DNA from: an uncultured delta proteobacterium
GTDB taxonomy: Bacteria; Myxococcota_A; Polyangia; Fen-1088
Direction of reading: 5' to 3'
Length of the DNA stretch: 64,000 bases
Assembly: GCA_963755125.1 (NCBI GenBank)
Contig: CAVWIP010000015.1
Span: forward strand, 1 to 64,000
Each line of letters begins with the position of its first letter. Position 1 is the first letter of the stretch. Positions 18,889-31,826 of this stretch are shown here, piece after piece. A program made the position numbers and the translations under genes. Under the pieces are notes generated by a model. The model was not told the DNA's origin, did not search any database, and worked only from the letters and a program-made list of their open reading frames with translations.

Positions 18889-21075
18889 ATGTCTACTAAT
18901 GTAATGGCCGTGCGAACCCTCCGCCTGCTCGCTCTTCTTGCCACGCTGGTTGTCCTGGCCTGCATGGGGCGTCCCACGCCGATCCCCCCGCGCGAGGCAG
19001 CCCCGCCCGACTCTGGAGCCACGCCGGTGTCCGGCCCCATCCCGACCGTGCGGCAGCAGCCCATGGCCTGGGATGAAGGCGGAGAATTGGCCGAGGGTGA
19101 AACCATCGCGCTCCGATCCGGCCAAGGCAATCGCATCCCCATTGCATGGGCGCGCGACAAAGGTCTGCTCGACGTGGATCTTTCCCGCTTGTGGACGCCG
19201 TTCATTTTCAGCGAATCGGACAGCCCGGATGGCGAGGCGAAGCCTAACGGCTACCGCCGCGCTTTCATCGATTTGGCCACTGAGTTCGCCACCCCGGATG
19301 AGATCTTCCTGAGGAGTCCAGAAGCGACCTACGCCCTGTTGATGGCTGCGGGTCTGCCCGGAACCGACGAGGCGGCGGCGAGCCCGCAGGGCAAGCGCAT
19401 CCTCAAAGAGGCCAGACGGGCCATGCACCTGCGGCGCGAGCCCAATTTTCTCGAGGTCTACGGCATCCCGCCTTCGCTCCTGCTCCTCATGAAGCGCGTC
19501 GACGAGGACAGGAACAGGACTTGCTATGCCGACCTCGATCTTGCCGGACTGGCGGCCTTCGACGGTACGGTCACGTTCCAGAGCCGCGAGCAGGCACACC
19601 GCGAATACAACGAGGCGACGGGAGATGCGGCTTGGGTAGACAAGCAGATCGCCAAGGCCAAGGAAGCGGCGGGCGCGCCCGCGCGGGATCGCGACGGATG
19701 GCTCAAGGTCATCGCCGCTGAGGATCCCAAGGCTGCGGCTCGCATCGAACGCTTCCGTCGCGGCCAGGTGCGCCAGCGTGCCATTCGCGCGGCTCAGACG
19801 CGCCTGGCCTGTGAGGGGCTGCTGGCCAAGCACGGGGACGGGGAGTTCGACCTGGCGACCAACGAGGCGCTGGCGGCCTGGGAGCGCAAGAACGACATCT
19901 TCGGCTGGGGATTTCTGGGCGGTGAGACGCTGGCGGCGTTGCAGCGGTCGCCGCTTGACCTGCACTTCGACACCTTCCGGCGCATCCTGATGGAACATGT
20001 GGCCGATGCGGCGGGCATCATCGAAGACGGTTCGGTTTCGGGCGGCGACAGGCCGGCCACCTACAAGGATGAGGCAGACGTCGAGCACCCGGTTCCGAAT
20101 CTCATCGCCGACTTTACCGACGCGCTCATGGCGGCTCTGGGGATCCACACGGCCGAGGACGAGATCAAGGTCATGCAAACCCTCCGCGACCAGGGGATGA
20201 AGTGGATTCACGTGGCCTTTCCGCCTCCCAAGCTTCCGCCCTACTACAGCAGCAAGATGGACCTTTCCGTCGAGATCGATCGCGGCGATGTCTGGTACGA
20301 CTTCCCTTACGATGAAGACGGCAAGCCCATCGCACAGCTGCGTGTGAACTTCCCGACGCTCACGCTCTATGTGAAATGGAACAAGCAGAAGATTCCGCTT
20401 TGCCGCTGGCGCACCACCATCGGTTCCTGGCGCAGCGAGATGCACCCCAATGGCAAGGTTTACTTCAAGTACAAGAACTCGGACGTTGGCCTGCGGGTGT
20501 GGAAAGACATCGTGGCCGGGCCGGTCTGGATCCCGCCCGAGGGCACGCCGGTCAAGGATCTGCTGACGCGCAAGACCTGGGACCGCGACTTGGGTGCGGA
20601 AGCCGTGGTGAACACCGACGTGATGGGGCCCGGCTTTCAGTCGGCCTACGGTCTGGTGATGGCCATCCATCACTGGAAGCGCGGCAAGACCTTCTTCGAT
20701 AACCAGATCCGCACCCACGGCTCGGTGGACTACACCTCGATTGCGCGGCGCTATTCGCACGGCTGCCACCGCCTGGTGAACAGCCGGGCGGTGCGCTTGT
20801 TCGACTTCATACTGCGGCACCGGGTCTTTCACCGCGTCGGCAATCAGCCAATCACGCTGCGACGCCATTTCGAGTACGAGGGCAGGACGTATCACTACGC
20901 CCTCGGCACGCGTGGTTACTACTACGAACTCGACCCGCCAGTGCCGGTGATGGTCACCGAAGGCCGCATTATGGGCAAGGTGAAGAAGCCGATCGAGGCC
21001 TACCTGCCGAAACCGGGCGTGGACTACGGACCGTCCGATGAGAGCGGCGAAAGCACTCCGGACGTAGGGCCGTGA
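18889..21075 (+). CDS. L,D-transpeptidase (YkuD) family lipoprotein with peptidoglycan-binding domain
   Basis: Signal peptide ending VVLAC; GEFDLATNEALAAWE (PG-binding-like); IRTHGS...SHGCHRL catalytic motif. Confidence 0.75.
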   Translation: MSTNVMAVRTLRLLALLATLVVLACMGRPTPIPPREAAPPDSGATPVSGPIPTVRQQPMAWDEGGELAEGETIALRSGQGNRIPIAWARDKGLLDVDLSRLWTPFIFSESDSPDGEAKPNGYRRAFIDLATEFATPDEIFLRSPEATYALLMAAGLPGTDEAAASPQGKRILKEARRAMHLRREPNFLEVYGIPPSLLLLMKRVDEDRNRTCYADLDLAGLAAFDGTVTFQSREQAHREYNEATGDAAWVDKQIAKAKEAAGAPARDRDGWLKVIAAEDPKAAARIERFRRGQVRQRAIRAAQTRLACEGLLAKHGDGEFDLATNEALAAWERKNDIFGWGFLGGETLAALQRSPLDLHFDTFRRILMEHVADAAGIIEDGSVSGGDRPATYKDEADVEHPVPNLIADFTDALMAALGIHTAEDEIKVMQTLRDQGMKWIHVAFPPPKLPPYYSSKMDLSVEIDRGDVWYDFPYDEDGKPIAQLRVNFPTLTLYVKWNKQKIPLCRWRTTIGSWRSEMHPNGKVYFKYKNSDVGLRVWKDIVAGPVWIPPEGTPVKDLLTRKTWDRDLGAEAVVNTDVMGPGFQSAYGLVMAIHHWKRGKTFFDNQIRTHGSVDYTSIARRYSHGCHRLVNSRAVRLFDFILRHRVFHRVGNQPITLRRHFEYEGRTYHYALGTRGYYYELDPPVPVMVTEGRIMGKVKKPIEAYLPKPGVDYGPSDESGESTPDVGP

Positions 21076-21123
21076 CGCTCGCCGCTCATCTTCAGATGCG
21101 GGTGGTGTAAACTCCGCACCCCA

Positions 21124-23649
<2,526 letters not shown>

Positions 23650-23666
23650 TGACACCTGTCCCGACC

Positions 23667-23963
23667 ATGAGCGACCTGAGGGTAGGCGAGAAGGACGGCG
23701 CGGCCACGCTCGACATCGTGGTGCAACCGCGCTGTCCGCGCGAGGGCGTGGGGCCGGTGGTGGGCGACAGGCTCAAGGTTTCGGTGAACGCCCCGCCGGT
23801 GGAGGGCAAGGCCAATGAGGCCGTGCAACGGGTTCTGGCCGAGGCCTTTGGCGTGTCCCGCTCCGCCGTGACCATTCTGCGCGGGGAGGCCGGCAAGCGG
23901 AAGACGGTTCGCATCACCGGGGTCACGGCCGCGGCTGCCAGGCAAATGATCGCGAAGGTCTGA
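23667..23963 (+). CDS. DUF167 / YggU family protein
   Basis: VQPR...LKVSVNAPPVEGKANEA...ILRGEAGKRK. Confidence 0.9.
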   Translation: MSDLRVGEKDGAATLDIVVQPRCPREGVGPVVGDRLKVSVNAPPVEGKANEAVQRVLAEAFGVSRSAVTILRGEAGKRKTVRITGVTAAAARQMIAKV

Positions 23964-23972
23964 ACTTGTTCG

Positions 23973-24044
23973 AGCCGGCCCCCGGGATTGAACCGGGGAC
24001 CCTCGCTTTACGAAAGCGATGCTCTACCACTGAGCTAGGCCGGC
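23973..24044 (-). tRNA. tRNA-Thr (CGT)
   Basis: GCCGGCC acceptor stem, TAGCTCAGTGGTAGAGC D-arm, TCGCT-TTCGTAA-AGCGA anticodon arm, GGTTCAATCC. Confidence 0.95.
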
Positions 24045-24102
24045 TTGGGGCGAGCGTTACTACCGCGCTACTAGCGGACCGTCAAGGTCAGCGCCCAAGC
24101 CG

Positions 24103-25821
24103 TCAGCGCCCGCCGATGCGGCGCACGCGAACCGACGGGTTGAGCGGCGGCAGTGTGGATGACGAATCCGCGTCACGACTTGGCTGTGCCACTGGCGCCG
24201 AGGCAGGCGTCGCGGTTGCCGCTTGAGTCGCCTGCCTGCCCTTGTTGGTCTTGCCCAGCGATGCCTTTCGCGGCGAGGCGGCCGAGACGGAACGGACGGG
24301 CTCGCGCGTCTTGGGTTCGAGGTTGGCCTTGACCTCGAGCTTGTCGCCCTTGGCTTCAACAGGTATCTGCACCTCGGTGTACCCGGCCAGGCGAAAACGG
24401 TAGTTGATCTGTTGGCCGTTGGCGGGGCGGATGTCGACGAGAGGGGTGGTGCCCAGCAACCGTCCATCGTTGAGACGTGTCACCTCTGCCCCCGGGGGCT
24501 CGGAGGCGAGAGTGATTGGCACGTGCGTGGGCGCAGGCGGAGGCGGCGGCTGCTCGGCAACAACTTCGCTCGTGACAGAGGGAGCTGATGCCGTGGACAC
24601 GAAGACGCTTGCCACGATGATGACCGCTGCGACGATGGCCAAGGGAATCGCAGCCCGCACCACGCGAGGGGAGTTCAGCCAACCGCGGGCCAATCCCAAG
24701 AGCCGAGATCCTCCCTGTCGTGCGCTGCCGCTGCGGCCCACGCCCGCGGCCGCGCTTACGCCATCGTGCGGAGCCACGGTTCGCAGGACCGGAGTGGTTT
24801 CCGTGGTGCGCGCAGGAGCCGTCTGGGGGGCCACGGTGGTCCGAGCGCGGGGCGCGCTGGTTCGCGCCGCCATGGTGACAGGCGAGGCACCCGAAGCACG
24901 GGGCGCGTTGAGGCCGGCCAACCCTGGGCCGGCTGCCATGGTCTCACCGAAGGCGACGGACTCCCCGGCCAACTCGGCCGCGCCTGCGTTGAGCAGCGCG
25001 ACGACCTCCTCCATGGTCTGGGGACGGCCCCCCGGATCCTTTTCCAGGCAGCGCAGGATGAGGCGATCCAAGAATGGCGGCACCTCGGGCCGGAACTCGC
25101 TGGCAGGTGGCGCGGGCTGCTTCAAGATGGCGTTGAGCAGGATCACAAGCTGTTCGGCAGCGAAGGGAACGTGGCCCGTCACCATCTCGAACATCATCAC
25201 GCCCATCGAATAGATGTCGCTGGCAGCGCCCACGTCCTGGCACAGCGCCTGTTCTGGCGACATGTAGTAAGGCGTGCCCACCACCGATCCGGCGATGGTT
25301 TTGTGGCCGACCTGCTTTTCCTGTTCTCCCAGCAGCTTGGCCACGCCGAAGTCGAACAGCTTGCTGCGCAGCCCGCCCGGCTGCGCGGGATCTTGCAGCA
25401 GGAAGACGTTGTCGGGCTTGAGATCGCGATGGACGATGCCGACCCGGTGGGCTGCGGCCAGGGCGTCGCACACCTGCCGGGAGATGGTGACGGCCTCGTC
25501 CAGGGGAAGCGCGCCCTCGGCGTTGAGGCGGTCGCGCAGGCTGCGCCCCTCGAGCAGTTCCATCACCAGGTAGACGATGCCGTCCTCGGTCTTGCCGTAA
25601 TCCGAGATGTCCACGATGTTCGGGTGGCGGATCTCGTTGACCGCGCGGGCTTCCTGAAAGAAGCGCGAAACCAGGCCAGGATCGGTGCCCAGATCGGGGC
25701 GCAACATCTTGACCGCCACGCGCTTGCCAATCATGGGGTGCTCGGCCAGGTACACGGTCCCCATGCCGCCCTCGCCGATGGCGCGAACGATCTTGTAGTT
25801 GCCGATGCTGCGACCGATCAA
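24103..25821 (-). CDS. Ser/Thr protein kinase with TM helix and PEGA-like domain
   Basis: GEGGMGTVY, VAVK, HRDLKPDN, DFG, GTPYYMSPEQ; TM segment; SEPPGAEV...LGTTP; probable TTG start after GAGGGA. Confidence 0.92.
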   Translation of the reverse strand: MIGRSIGNYKIVRAIGEGGMGTVYLAEHPMIGKRVAVKMLRPDLGTDPGLVSRFFQEARAVNEIRHPNIVDISDYGKTEDGIVYLVMELLEGRSLRDRLNAEGALPLDEAVTISRQVCDALAAAHRVGIVHRDLKPDNVFLLQDPAQPGGLRSKLFDFGVAKLLGEQEKQVGHKTIAGSVVGTPYYMSPEQALCQDVGAASDIYSMGVMMFEMVTGHVPFAAEQLVILLNAILKQPAPPASEFRPEVPPFLDRLILRCLEKDPGGRPQTMEEVVALLNAGAAELAGESVAFGETMAAGPGLAGLNAPRASGASPVTMAARTSAPRARTTVAPQTAPARTTETTPVLRTVAPHDGVSAAAGVGRSGSARQGGSRLLGLARGWLNSPRVVRAAIPLAIVAAVIIVASVFVSTASAPSVTSEVVAEQPPPPPAPTHVPITLASEPPGAEVTRLNDGRLLGTTPLVDIRPANGQQINYRFRLAGYTEVQIPVEAKGDKLEVKANLEPKTREPVRSVSAASPRKASLGKTNKGRQATQAATATPASAPVAQPSRDADSSSTLPPLNPSVRVRRIGGR

Positions 25822-25912
25822 GGTTCCCTCGCGGGTGAGTATATCCGGTCTCGGGCACGCGCGTACTTGGGCTTTCGACGGGGACGGCAAGATGTGCTAG
25901 GGGCCGGAACCA

Positions 25913-27322
25913 ATGTCCCGCACCCACCTTCCCGCGTTCCTGCTTTTGTGCGTTAGCTGTCACGCGCCGGTCCACATCCGTCCCGCGTCAGCAGGGCCCG
26001 CAGCCGCCTCGCCAGCGCCGCCAGGGCCGGTTTCGCGCATCTCGCACATCGAGACCGAGCTCTCTGTGCTGCGCGGCCTGTCCTTCAAGCATTCGATCCC
26101 TTCGTCCACGCAGAGCCGCGCCGATTTCCGCGCCTGGGTTCACGCGGAACTTGCCCGCGACCTTTCGCCGACGAAGAACCAGGGGCTGTCGCACGCCTAT
26201 GCTGACCTCGGCTTTGCCCCGCAGGGCTTCGACCTGACGACCACGCTGGAGGAGGCGCTGACCACCCAGGTGGCGGCCTACTACGATCCGAGCAGCAAGT
26301 CGTTCCGGGTGGTGGGCGGCGCGCGGGGCGAGGAGGTGGACGCGATCATCGTGGCGCACGAGCTGACCCACGCGCTCGACGACCAGTATTTCGACCTGGA
26401 GACGTTCGATGGCGGCGAAGGCAACCGGCTGGGCCTCTCGGAAGACGAGCGCACGGCCCGCCAGTTCGTGACCGAGGGCGAGGCCACCTTCATGATGCTG
26501 GCCTGGAAAGCTGCAAGCGGCGAAGGAGCCGGCAAGCAACTCGGCCCCCTCGGGGTTGCGGGGGTCCGCATGGCGCTGGCCCTGCTGGGAGCGGCCGACC
26601 CGCTGGAACTGCTGGCAGCGGCACGCCAGGGCCGCAGCGCCGCCGAGTTGAGCCCGGAAGATCGGCGGGAGATGGATGCAATGACCAGGCTGCCGCCGGT
26701 GGTCAGCATGCCGCTCATCGAGCCCTACTTCAAAGGCGCGGCCCTGGTTTCCGAGGTGTGGGGACGGGGCGGCTGGGACGCGGTCGCTGATCTGTACCGA
26801 CACCCGCCGGCCTCGACCGAGCAGATCCTGCACCCACGCGAAAAGTTCCTCGACCGCCGCGATCCGCCTGTCTTGATTCGCCTGCCGGTGGCTCGGCCGG
26901 CGCTGGGAGAGCCGCCCGTCGCTACCGACGTGCTGGGCGAGTTGGGCATGCGCGCCTATTTCAAAACCTGGGAATTTCCGGCGGCCGACTTGGCGGCAGC
27001 AGGGTGGGGTGGCGATCGGTTCTGGGTGTGGAAGCGGGATGGGCGATTTACGGTTCTGTGGGCCACCAGCTGGGACAGCGAGGCCGATGCGAGGAAGTTC
27101 CTGGCAGCGTATCTCGACACCCTGGAAATACGCTTTTCTGAGGCCCCCATCGAAGGCGCAGGGCCGGATGCCTGGCGTCTGCTTCGGCCCGAGGGCGATC
27201 TCTTGCACGTCGAGCGCCGCGGTTGCGACGTGGACGTCATCGCGGGAGCGCGGCTCGATGAGATTTCGGACCTACGCGCGGTGCTGCTGGCCGTCGAGCG
27301 GAGGGCGGCGGACAGGCGGTAG
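25913..27322 (+). CDS. Putative lipoprotein zinc metallopeptidase
   Basis: Signal peptide with Cys, AYYDP, AHELTHALDDQ (HExxH), EGEAT, PPASTEQILHP, GWGGD. Confidence 0.65.
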   Translation: MSRTHLPAFLLLCVSCHAPVHIRPASAGPAAASPAPPGPVSRISHIETELSVLRGLSFKHSIPSSTQSRADFRAWVHAELARDLSPTKNQGLSHAYADLGFAPQGFDLTTTLEEALTTQVAAYYDPSSKSFRVVGGARGEEVDAIIVAHELTHALDDQYFDLETFDGGEGNRLGLSEDERTARQFVTEGEATFMMLAWKAASGEGAGKQLGPLGVAGVRMALALLGAADPLELLAAARQGRSAAELSPEDRREMDAMTRLPPVVSMPLIEPYFKGAALVSEVWGRGGWDAVADLYRHPPASTEQILHPREKFLDRRDPPVLIRLPVARPALGEPPVATDVLGELGMRAYFKTWEFPAADLAAAGWGGDRFWVWKRDGRFTVLWATSWDSEADARKFLAAYLDTLEIRFSEAPIEGAGPDAWRLLRPEGDLLHVERRGCDVDVIAGARLDEISDLRAVLLAVERRAADRR

Positions 27323-27453
27323 ACTGGAGACAGCAGGTAACGTTCACCGACGCCACCACCTCGGGGCCGAGCGCCCGCGGCCCTGCGTCGGGGTCGACAA
27401 CCTCGTGGGGGGTGGATGCACGGGGCGAATCGGCGTAGTCTCGCGGCATTGTC

Positions 27454-29274
27454 ATGCCGAACATCAAGTTGGTTCCCAGTCTTCTTTTCGGAATTGTGCT
27501 CGCCGGCTGCAAGACGGCGGCCCCGGCGGCCCCGGTAGCCACTCTCGCCAACGCGCCGCTGGCGGCATCGCAGTCGAATGGCACACAGCCGTCGGACGCG
27601 GCTGCCGAGCCGGTGCTCAAGCCGGCCTCCGTGGCGGCCGAGGCCTGGGGTATGAGCTTGGTGGTCGCCTCGCCCATGAAGCTGGTGGCGGACCTGGATG
27701 CGCTCTCCAAGAGCCTGCAGTTGCCCATGCCACTTGGCCAGTCGTTCCTTCCCATGCTGACTGGTGGAGTCAGTCGAGGCGGGGTGAATTTGTCGCGCGA
27801 GACGATCGATCGTCTGGATGTCGCCCGTCCTCTCGCCGTGATCTGGCTGGCACGGGGCAGTGACGTTCCCCCTGGTTGGTGCGCCGCCGTTGCGTTCAAG
27901 GAACGCGCTTTCGCGCTGGAGGCGTTGCAGAAGCTTGGAGCCAGCGGGGCCCAGAGCGAAGCCACCTTCGAGCGACTCCTGCCGTCAGGCGATCGCGTGT
28001 GGGGCGCTGTCAAGGATCGCCAGTTGCTGCTTTCCGGCTCGCGCGCAACCCTGCTGGCGGCCGGTGCTCTGGCCATCACTGCGCAGACCTCGCCCATGCC
28101 GGTTCAGGCCATCTTCACCCTGTCCCCGTCGGTCATGGCAAGAAGCACGGGCCAGTCACTCGACGCCATCGCGGCCGGGATCCTTGGCGTGGCCATGGCC
28201 GAGGCGGAAAAGGACGCCGCGGCCACGGGCAAGCCACTCACGCCCGCTCACAAGAAGATGCAAGAGGCACTGCTCAAGGCACTGATCCGCCAGCTGACTG
28301 ACATCGCCGTGGTCCGCGTCAGTCTGGAGATAGGGGATCGGGGTGGTGTGGTCGTGCGAGCCGAGGCCCAGCCCACGCCAGGTTCCGGGTTGGCGGCCAA
28401 GGCCGCTCACGCTTCACCCTATGCCTTCGACCCGGCTCTTCCGGTCCGCAGCGATGCCAGCGCGATCGTTGCGTGGGGCGATATGGCGCCTTGGCTGGCG
28501 GACTGGATTCAGGTCATGGAAGCCTCGGGGCCGGCGGGCCAGGCGGCCAGCCGAGATCTGGCGCTGCTTCGCGAATCAGAGGACGGTGGCTCTTGTGCCG
28601 TGGACGTCGGGGTTTTGCCCATTCTTTTCATGTGCAGCCTGACGGTGCGTCCTGGGGTCGATGCCTCCCGCGCCCTCGATCGCTATGTGGCCTTTCTCCA
28701 GTCTTCCAACGTTTGGGAGGCCGAGATCGATGGTCGCAAGCCAAAGTCGCTCAAGGTGAAGCGCACAGGCAAGGTCGTGGAGATCGAGAAGACGGTGGAA
28801 GGAAGAGATCCGCAGGCCATGGCGATCGTGAAGGCAATCATCGGTGGCGAGGTGGCACGCACGGCACTGACGGTCAAGGATGGCCGCGTGGTGCTGGCTG
28901 TCGGCGCGAAGCCGCGTGAGATCCTCGACCGCTATGGCAAGCAGCAGCCCACCGCGACGACGGCGCCTATCCTGACACGAACCCTGCTCGACACGGCCGG
29001 TGCCGACTTCCTGGGCTTGGTCAACGTGGCCTCTGTCCTGACGTCTATCTACGGCAAGGTGCAGATGACGGGAAAGGACCTCGGAAACATGACGTTGACC
29101 GGAATTGTGGCTGCCGTCCCAGGCCTGGCTGACCTGCGTGTTCCGGTCGTGCTGTTGGGTCGGGGTGGGAAGGTTCCTGCCATCGAGTTCCAGGTGCCCT
29201 TCGGCAGCCTGCAGAACCTTGCGCGGGTGGTGAGCCCATTCATGGGTCAGATGGGTGCGGCGCCCGGACGCTGA
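27454..29274 (+). CDS. Hypothetical lipoprotein
   Basis: LAGC lipobox; 606-aa ORF with typical codon usage. Confidence 0.65.
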   Translation: MPNIKLVPSLLFGIVLAGCKTAAPAAPVATLANAPLAASQSNGTQPSDAAAEPVLKPASVAAEAWGMSLVVASPMKLVADLDALSKSLQLPMPLGQSFLPMLTGGVSRGGVNLSRETIDRLDVARPLAVIWLARGSDVPPGWCAAVAFKERAFALEALQKLGASGAQSEATFERLLPSGDRVWGAVKDRQLLLSGSRATLLAAGALAITAQTSPMPVQAIFTLSPSVMARSTGQSLDAIAAGILGVAMAEAEKDAAATGKPLTPAHKKMQEALLKALIRQLTDIAVVRVSLEIGDRGGVVVRAEAQPTPGSGLAAKAAHASPYAFDPALPVRSDASAIVAWGDMAPWLADWIQVMEASGPAGQAASRDLALLRESEDGGSCAVDVGVLPILFMCSLTVRPGVDASRALDRYVAFLQSSNVWEAEIDGRKPKSLKVKRTGKVVEIEKTVEGRDPQAMAIVKAIIGGEVARTALTVKDGRVVLAVGAKPREILDRYGKQQPTATTAPILTRTLLDTAGADFLGLVNVASVLTSIYGKVQMTGKDLGNMTLTGIVAAVPGLADLRVPVVLLGRGGKVPAIEFQVPFGSLQNLARVVSPFMGQMGAAPGR

Positions 29275-29331
29275 TGAAGAATACTATTTGGAGAAAAGCA
29301 CGGAAAGTCCGCTAGACTGCAGGAACCCATC

Positions 29332-29550
29332 ATGAGAGTTCTCGCAGTTTTCCTCGCCGCCGTATTTGTGCTCATGGGTTTGCCTGCGCTCGCGAGCGCA
29401 GCCCCGGCAGATTCCTTCCGTCCTGCCGCCTCTTCCGCCGAATCGAGCTGTCGCACCAGGAGGAAGAAGGCCAAGAAGCAGGCCGCCGACAGCAAGGGCA
29501 AGAAGAAGAGCAAGAAGGACGACAAGAAGCCCTACGGCTTTGAGCTGTAG
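29332..29550 (+). CDS. Small secreted Lys-rich hypothetical protein
   Basis: AGGA RBS, hydrophobic signal peptide, basic tail. Confidence 0.55.
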   Translation: MRVLAVFLAAVFVLMGLPALASAAPADSFRPAASSAESSCRTRRKKAKKQAADSKGKKKSKKDDKKPYGFEL

Positions 29551-29601
29551 GGGCGCCCAACGCTGGAGTGGACTATCGGCCAGCGCGCCGACCATCGGGC
29601 C

Positions 29602-30411
29602 ATGCCGTCAGAAGAAGAAGCCCCCAAGCTGCAGCCTTTGGCGGCCATGCCGGGGTCGATCCTGGTCGGATTGCGCGTGCTGGCCGCCGACATCGACGAC
29701 ACCATCACCCAAGGTGGCAAGCTGCCCGCGCGCACCATCGAGCTGTTTGAAAAGCTGGAAGATGCCGGGGTGGTCGTGGCCCTGGTCACCGGGCGTTGCG
29801 CAGGCTGGGCGCAGGCACTGGCCGGCTATCTTCGCGGCGTGCGCGTCGTGGTCGGCGAGAACGGACTGGTGTGCTTCGACGGTGCGGGCCGGCGGCGCGA
29901 CCTGGGACCGCCGCGCGATGCGACCTTCGGCCGCGCCCTGGCCGACAACGCCGAACGGGTTGCGCGCGCCTTTGCCCTCACCCGCACCGACGACGACGTC
30001 TTTCGCCTGTTCGAGCGCGCCTTCTTGCGGCCAGCCGGGTTCGACGCCGATGCCCTGCGCGGCTGCCAACGGCTCGTCGATGCCGGCTTCGAGGTGATCG
30101 CCAGTTCGATCCACATTCACGTGCGTCCCTCAGGCTGGGACAAGGCAGACGGGCTGCTGGCTGCGCTGGCGGTCATCTTGCCTGTCGCGGTGAACGACGC
30201 GGATGCGCGCATCCTCTTTGTGGGTGACAGCAGCAACGATCGGCCGCTCTTCGCGCGTCTTCCCCTTGCCAGCGTGGGCGTGAGCAACGTCGTGCGTTTT
30301 CTCGCAGAGCTGGGAACGGACCGCCCTGCCTACATCACCGAAGGAGAAGCAGCGGAGGGCTTCGCCGAAGTCGTCGAGCGTGTGCTGGCTGCACGCCGCC
30401 ACGCGCTGTAG
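29602..30411 (+). CDS. HAD-superfamily hydrolase, subfamily IIB
   Basis: DIDDT motif I, VTGR, GENG, WDK, VGDSSND. Confidence 0.88.
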   Translation: MPSEEEAPKLQPLAAMPGSILVGLRVLAADIDDTITQGGKLPARTIELFEKLEDAGVVVALVTGRCAGWAQALAGYLRGVRVVVGENGLVCFDGAGRRRDLGPPRDATFGRALADNAERVARAFALTRTDDDVFRLFERAFLRPAGFDADALRGCQRLVDAGFEVIASSIHIHVRPSGWDKADGLLAALAVILPVAVNDADARILFVGDSSNDRPLFARLPLASVGVSNVVRFLAELGTDRPAYITEGEAAEGFAEVVERVLAARRHAL

Positions 30412-30444
30412 GGTCGGGCGCCGGCGATCGCCGTCGGCCAGGGG

Positions 30445-30469
30445 CACGGCCACGACCATGACCACGACC
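30445..30469. repeat. Short degenerate hexamer tandem repeat (CACGRC-type)
   Basis: CACGGC CACGAC CATGAC CACGAC. Confidence 0.6.
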
Positions 30470-30588
30470 TCCTGCGACTATTGCGGGATTGGAGAACACA
30501 TCGGCACTTGCACAGTGCCCCGTATCTCCATACGATTCGCCGTCGCATCGGTTCCCGAAACAAGTCCCCCTAGCTGGAGTACCCCAAA

Positions 30589-31806
30589 ATGGCGAAACTG
30601 TCCGGAAAGGCCCTGGTCGCCCAGGGAGGCGGTCCCACCGCCGTCATCAACCAAAGCCTCGTGGGTGTGGTTCTCGAGGCGCGCAAGTTTCCCGAGATCA
30701 CCAAGGTCTACGGCGCTCGCCACGGCGTGCGCGGGATCTTGAACGAGGACTTCATCGACCTTACCCAGGCCACCACCCACAACCTGGAAGAGGTGGCGCG
30801 CACACCAGCCTCGGCGCTCGGCTCCACCCGCGACAAGCCCGACGAGGAATACTGCCGCAAGATGTTCAAGGTCATGCTGGCGCACGAGATCCGGTACTTC
30901 TTCTATATAGGCGGCAACGACTCGTCGGACACCTGTCGCATCGTGAACGAGCAGGCCAAGGCCGCCAGCTACGAGCTGCGCACCATGCACGTGCCCAAGA
31001 CCATCGACAACGATCTGGTGGGCACCGATCACTGCCCAGGGTTCGGCTCGGCGGGCAAGTTCGTGGCCCAGGCGTTTGCCGGCGCGAACCAGGACAACCG
31101 CGCCCTGCCCGGCGTGTACATCGCCGTGGTCATGGGACGGCACGCGGGCTTTCTCACCGCAGCCTCGGTATTCGCGCGCAAGTATCCCGACGACGGCCCA
31201 CACCTCATCTATGTGCCCGAACGTCCCTTCAACCCGGAGCGCTTCATCAACGACGTGCAGGCCAGCTATGACAAGCACGGCCGCTGCATCATCGCGGTGT
31301 CCGAAGGGGTTTGTGGCGCCGACGGGCAGCCCATAATGACCTCGCTCAAGCCGGCAGTAGAAAAGGATGCGCACGGCAACGTGCAACTTTCGGGAACCGG
31401 CGCGCTGGGAGATCTGTTGGCCGACCTCATCAAGGCCAAGACCAAGATCAAGCGAGTGCGCGCCGATACCCTGGGCTATCTGCAGCGGTCGTTCCTTGGA
31501 TGCGTGAGCGCCACCGACGCCAGCGAGGCGCGCGAGGTGGGTGAGAAGGCCGTGCAGTATGCAGCCTGGCACAACGTGGACGGCTCGGTGGCCATTCGCC
31601 GCGTGGGCGACTACGCCGTCGAGTACGATCTGCTGAAGCTGACCGACGTGGCGGCCAAGACCAAGCACATGGCCGACGAGTACATCAACCCGGCGGGCAA
31701 CGATGTCACCGATGCGTTCAAGGCCTACGCGCGGCCCCTGGTGGGCGAGTTGCCGGTCCTGGGGCGCATCGCCGCTCCGTCCGTGTTCAAGATCAAGGGC
31801 GAATAG
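30589..31806 (+). CDS. pfp: Phosphofructokinase, probably PPi-dependent
   Basis: GGGPTAVIN, IGGNDS (Asp of PPi-type), PKTIDND, MGR, LGYLQR. Confidence 0.9.
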   Translation: MAKLSGKALVAQGGGPTAVINQSLVGVVLEARKFPEITKVYGARHGVRGILNEDFIDLTQATTHNLEEVARTPASALGSTRDKPDEEYCRKMFKVMLAHEIRYFFYIGGNDSSDTCRIVNEQAKAASYELRTMHVPKTIDNDLVGTDHCPGFGSAGKFVAQAFAGANQDNRALPGVYIAVVMGRHAGFLTAASVFARKYPDDGPHLIYVPERPFNPERFINDVQASYDKHGRCIIAVSEGVCGADGQPIMTSLKPAVEKDAHGNVQLSGTGALGDLLADLIKAKTKIKRVRADTLGYLQRSFLGCVSATDASEAREVGEKAVQYAAWHNVDGSVAIRRVGDYAVEYDLLKLTDVAAKTKHMADEYINPAGNDVTDAFKAYARPLVGELPVLGRIAAPSVFKIKGE

Positions 31807-31826
31807 CACAACACAAGGAGAACCCA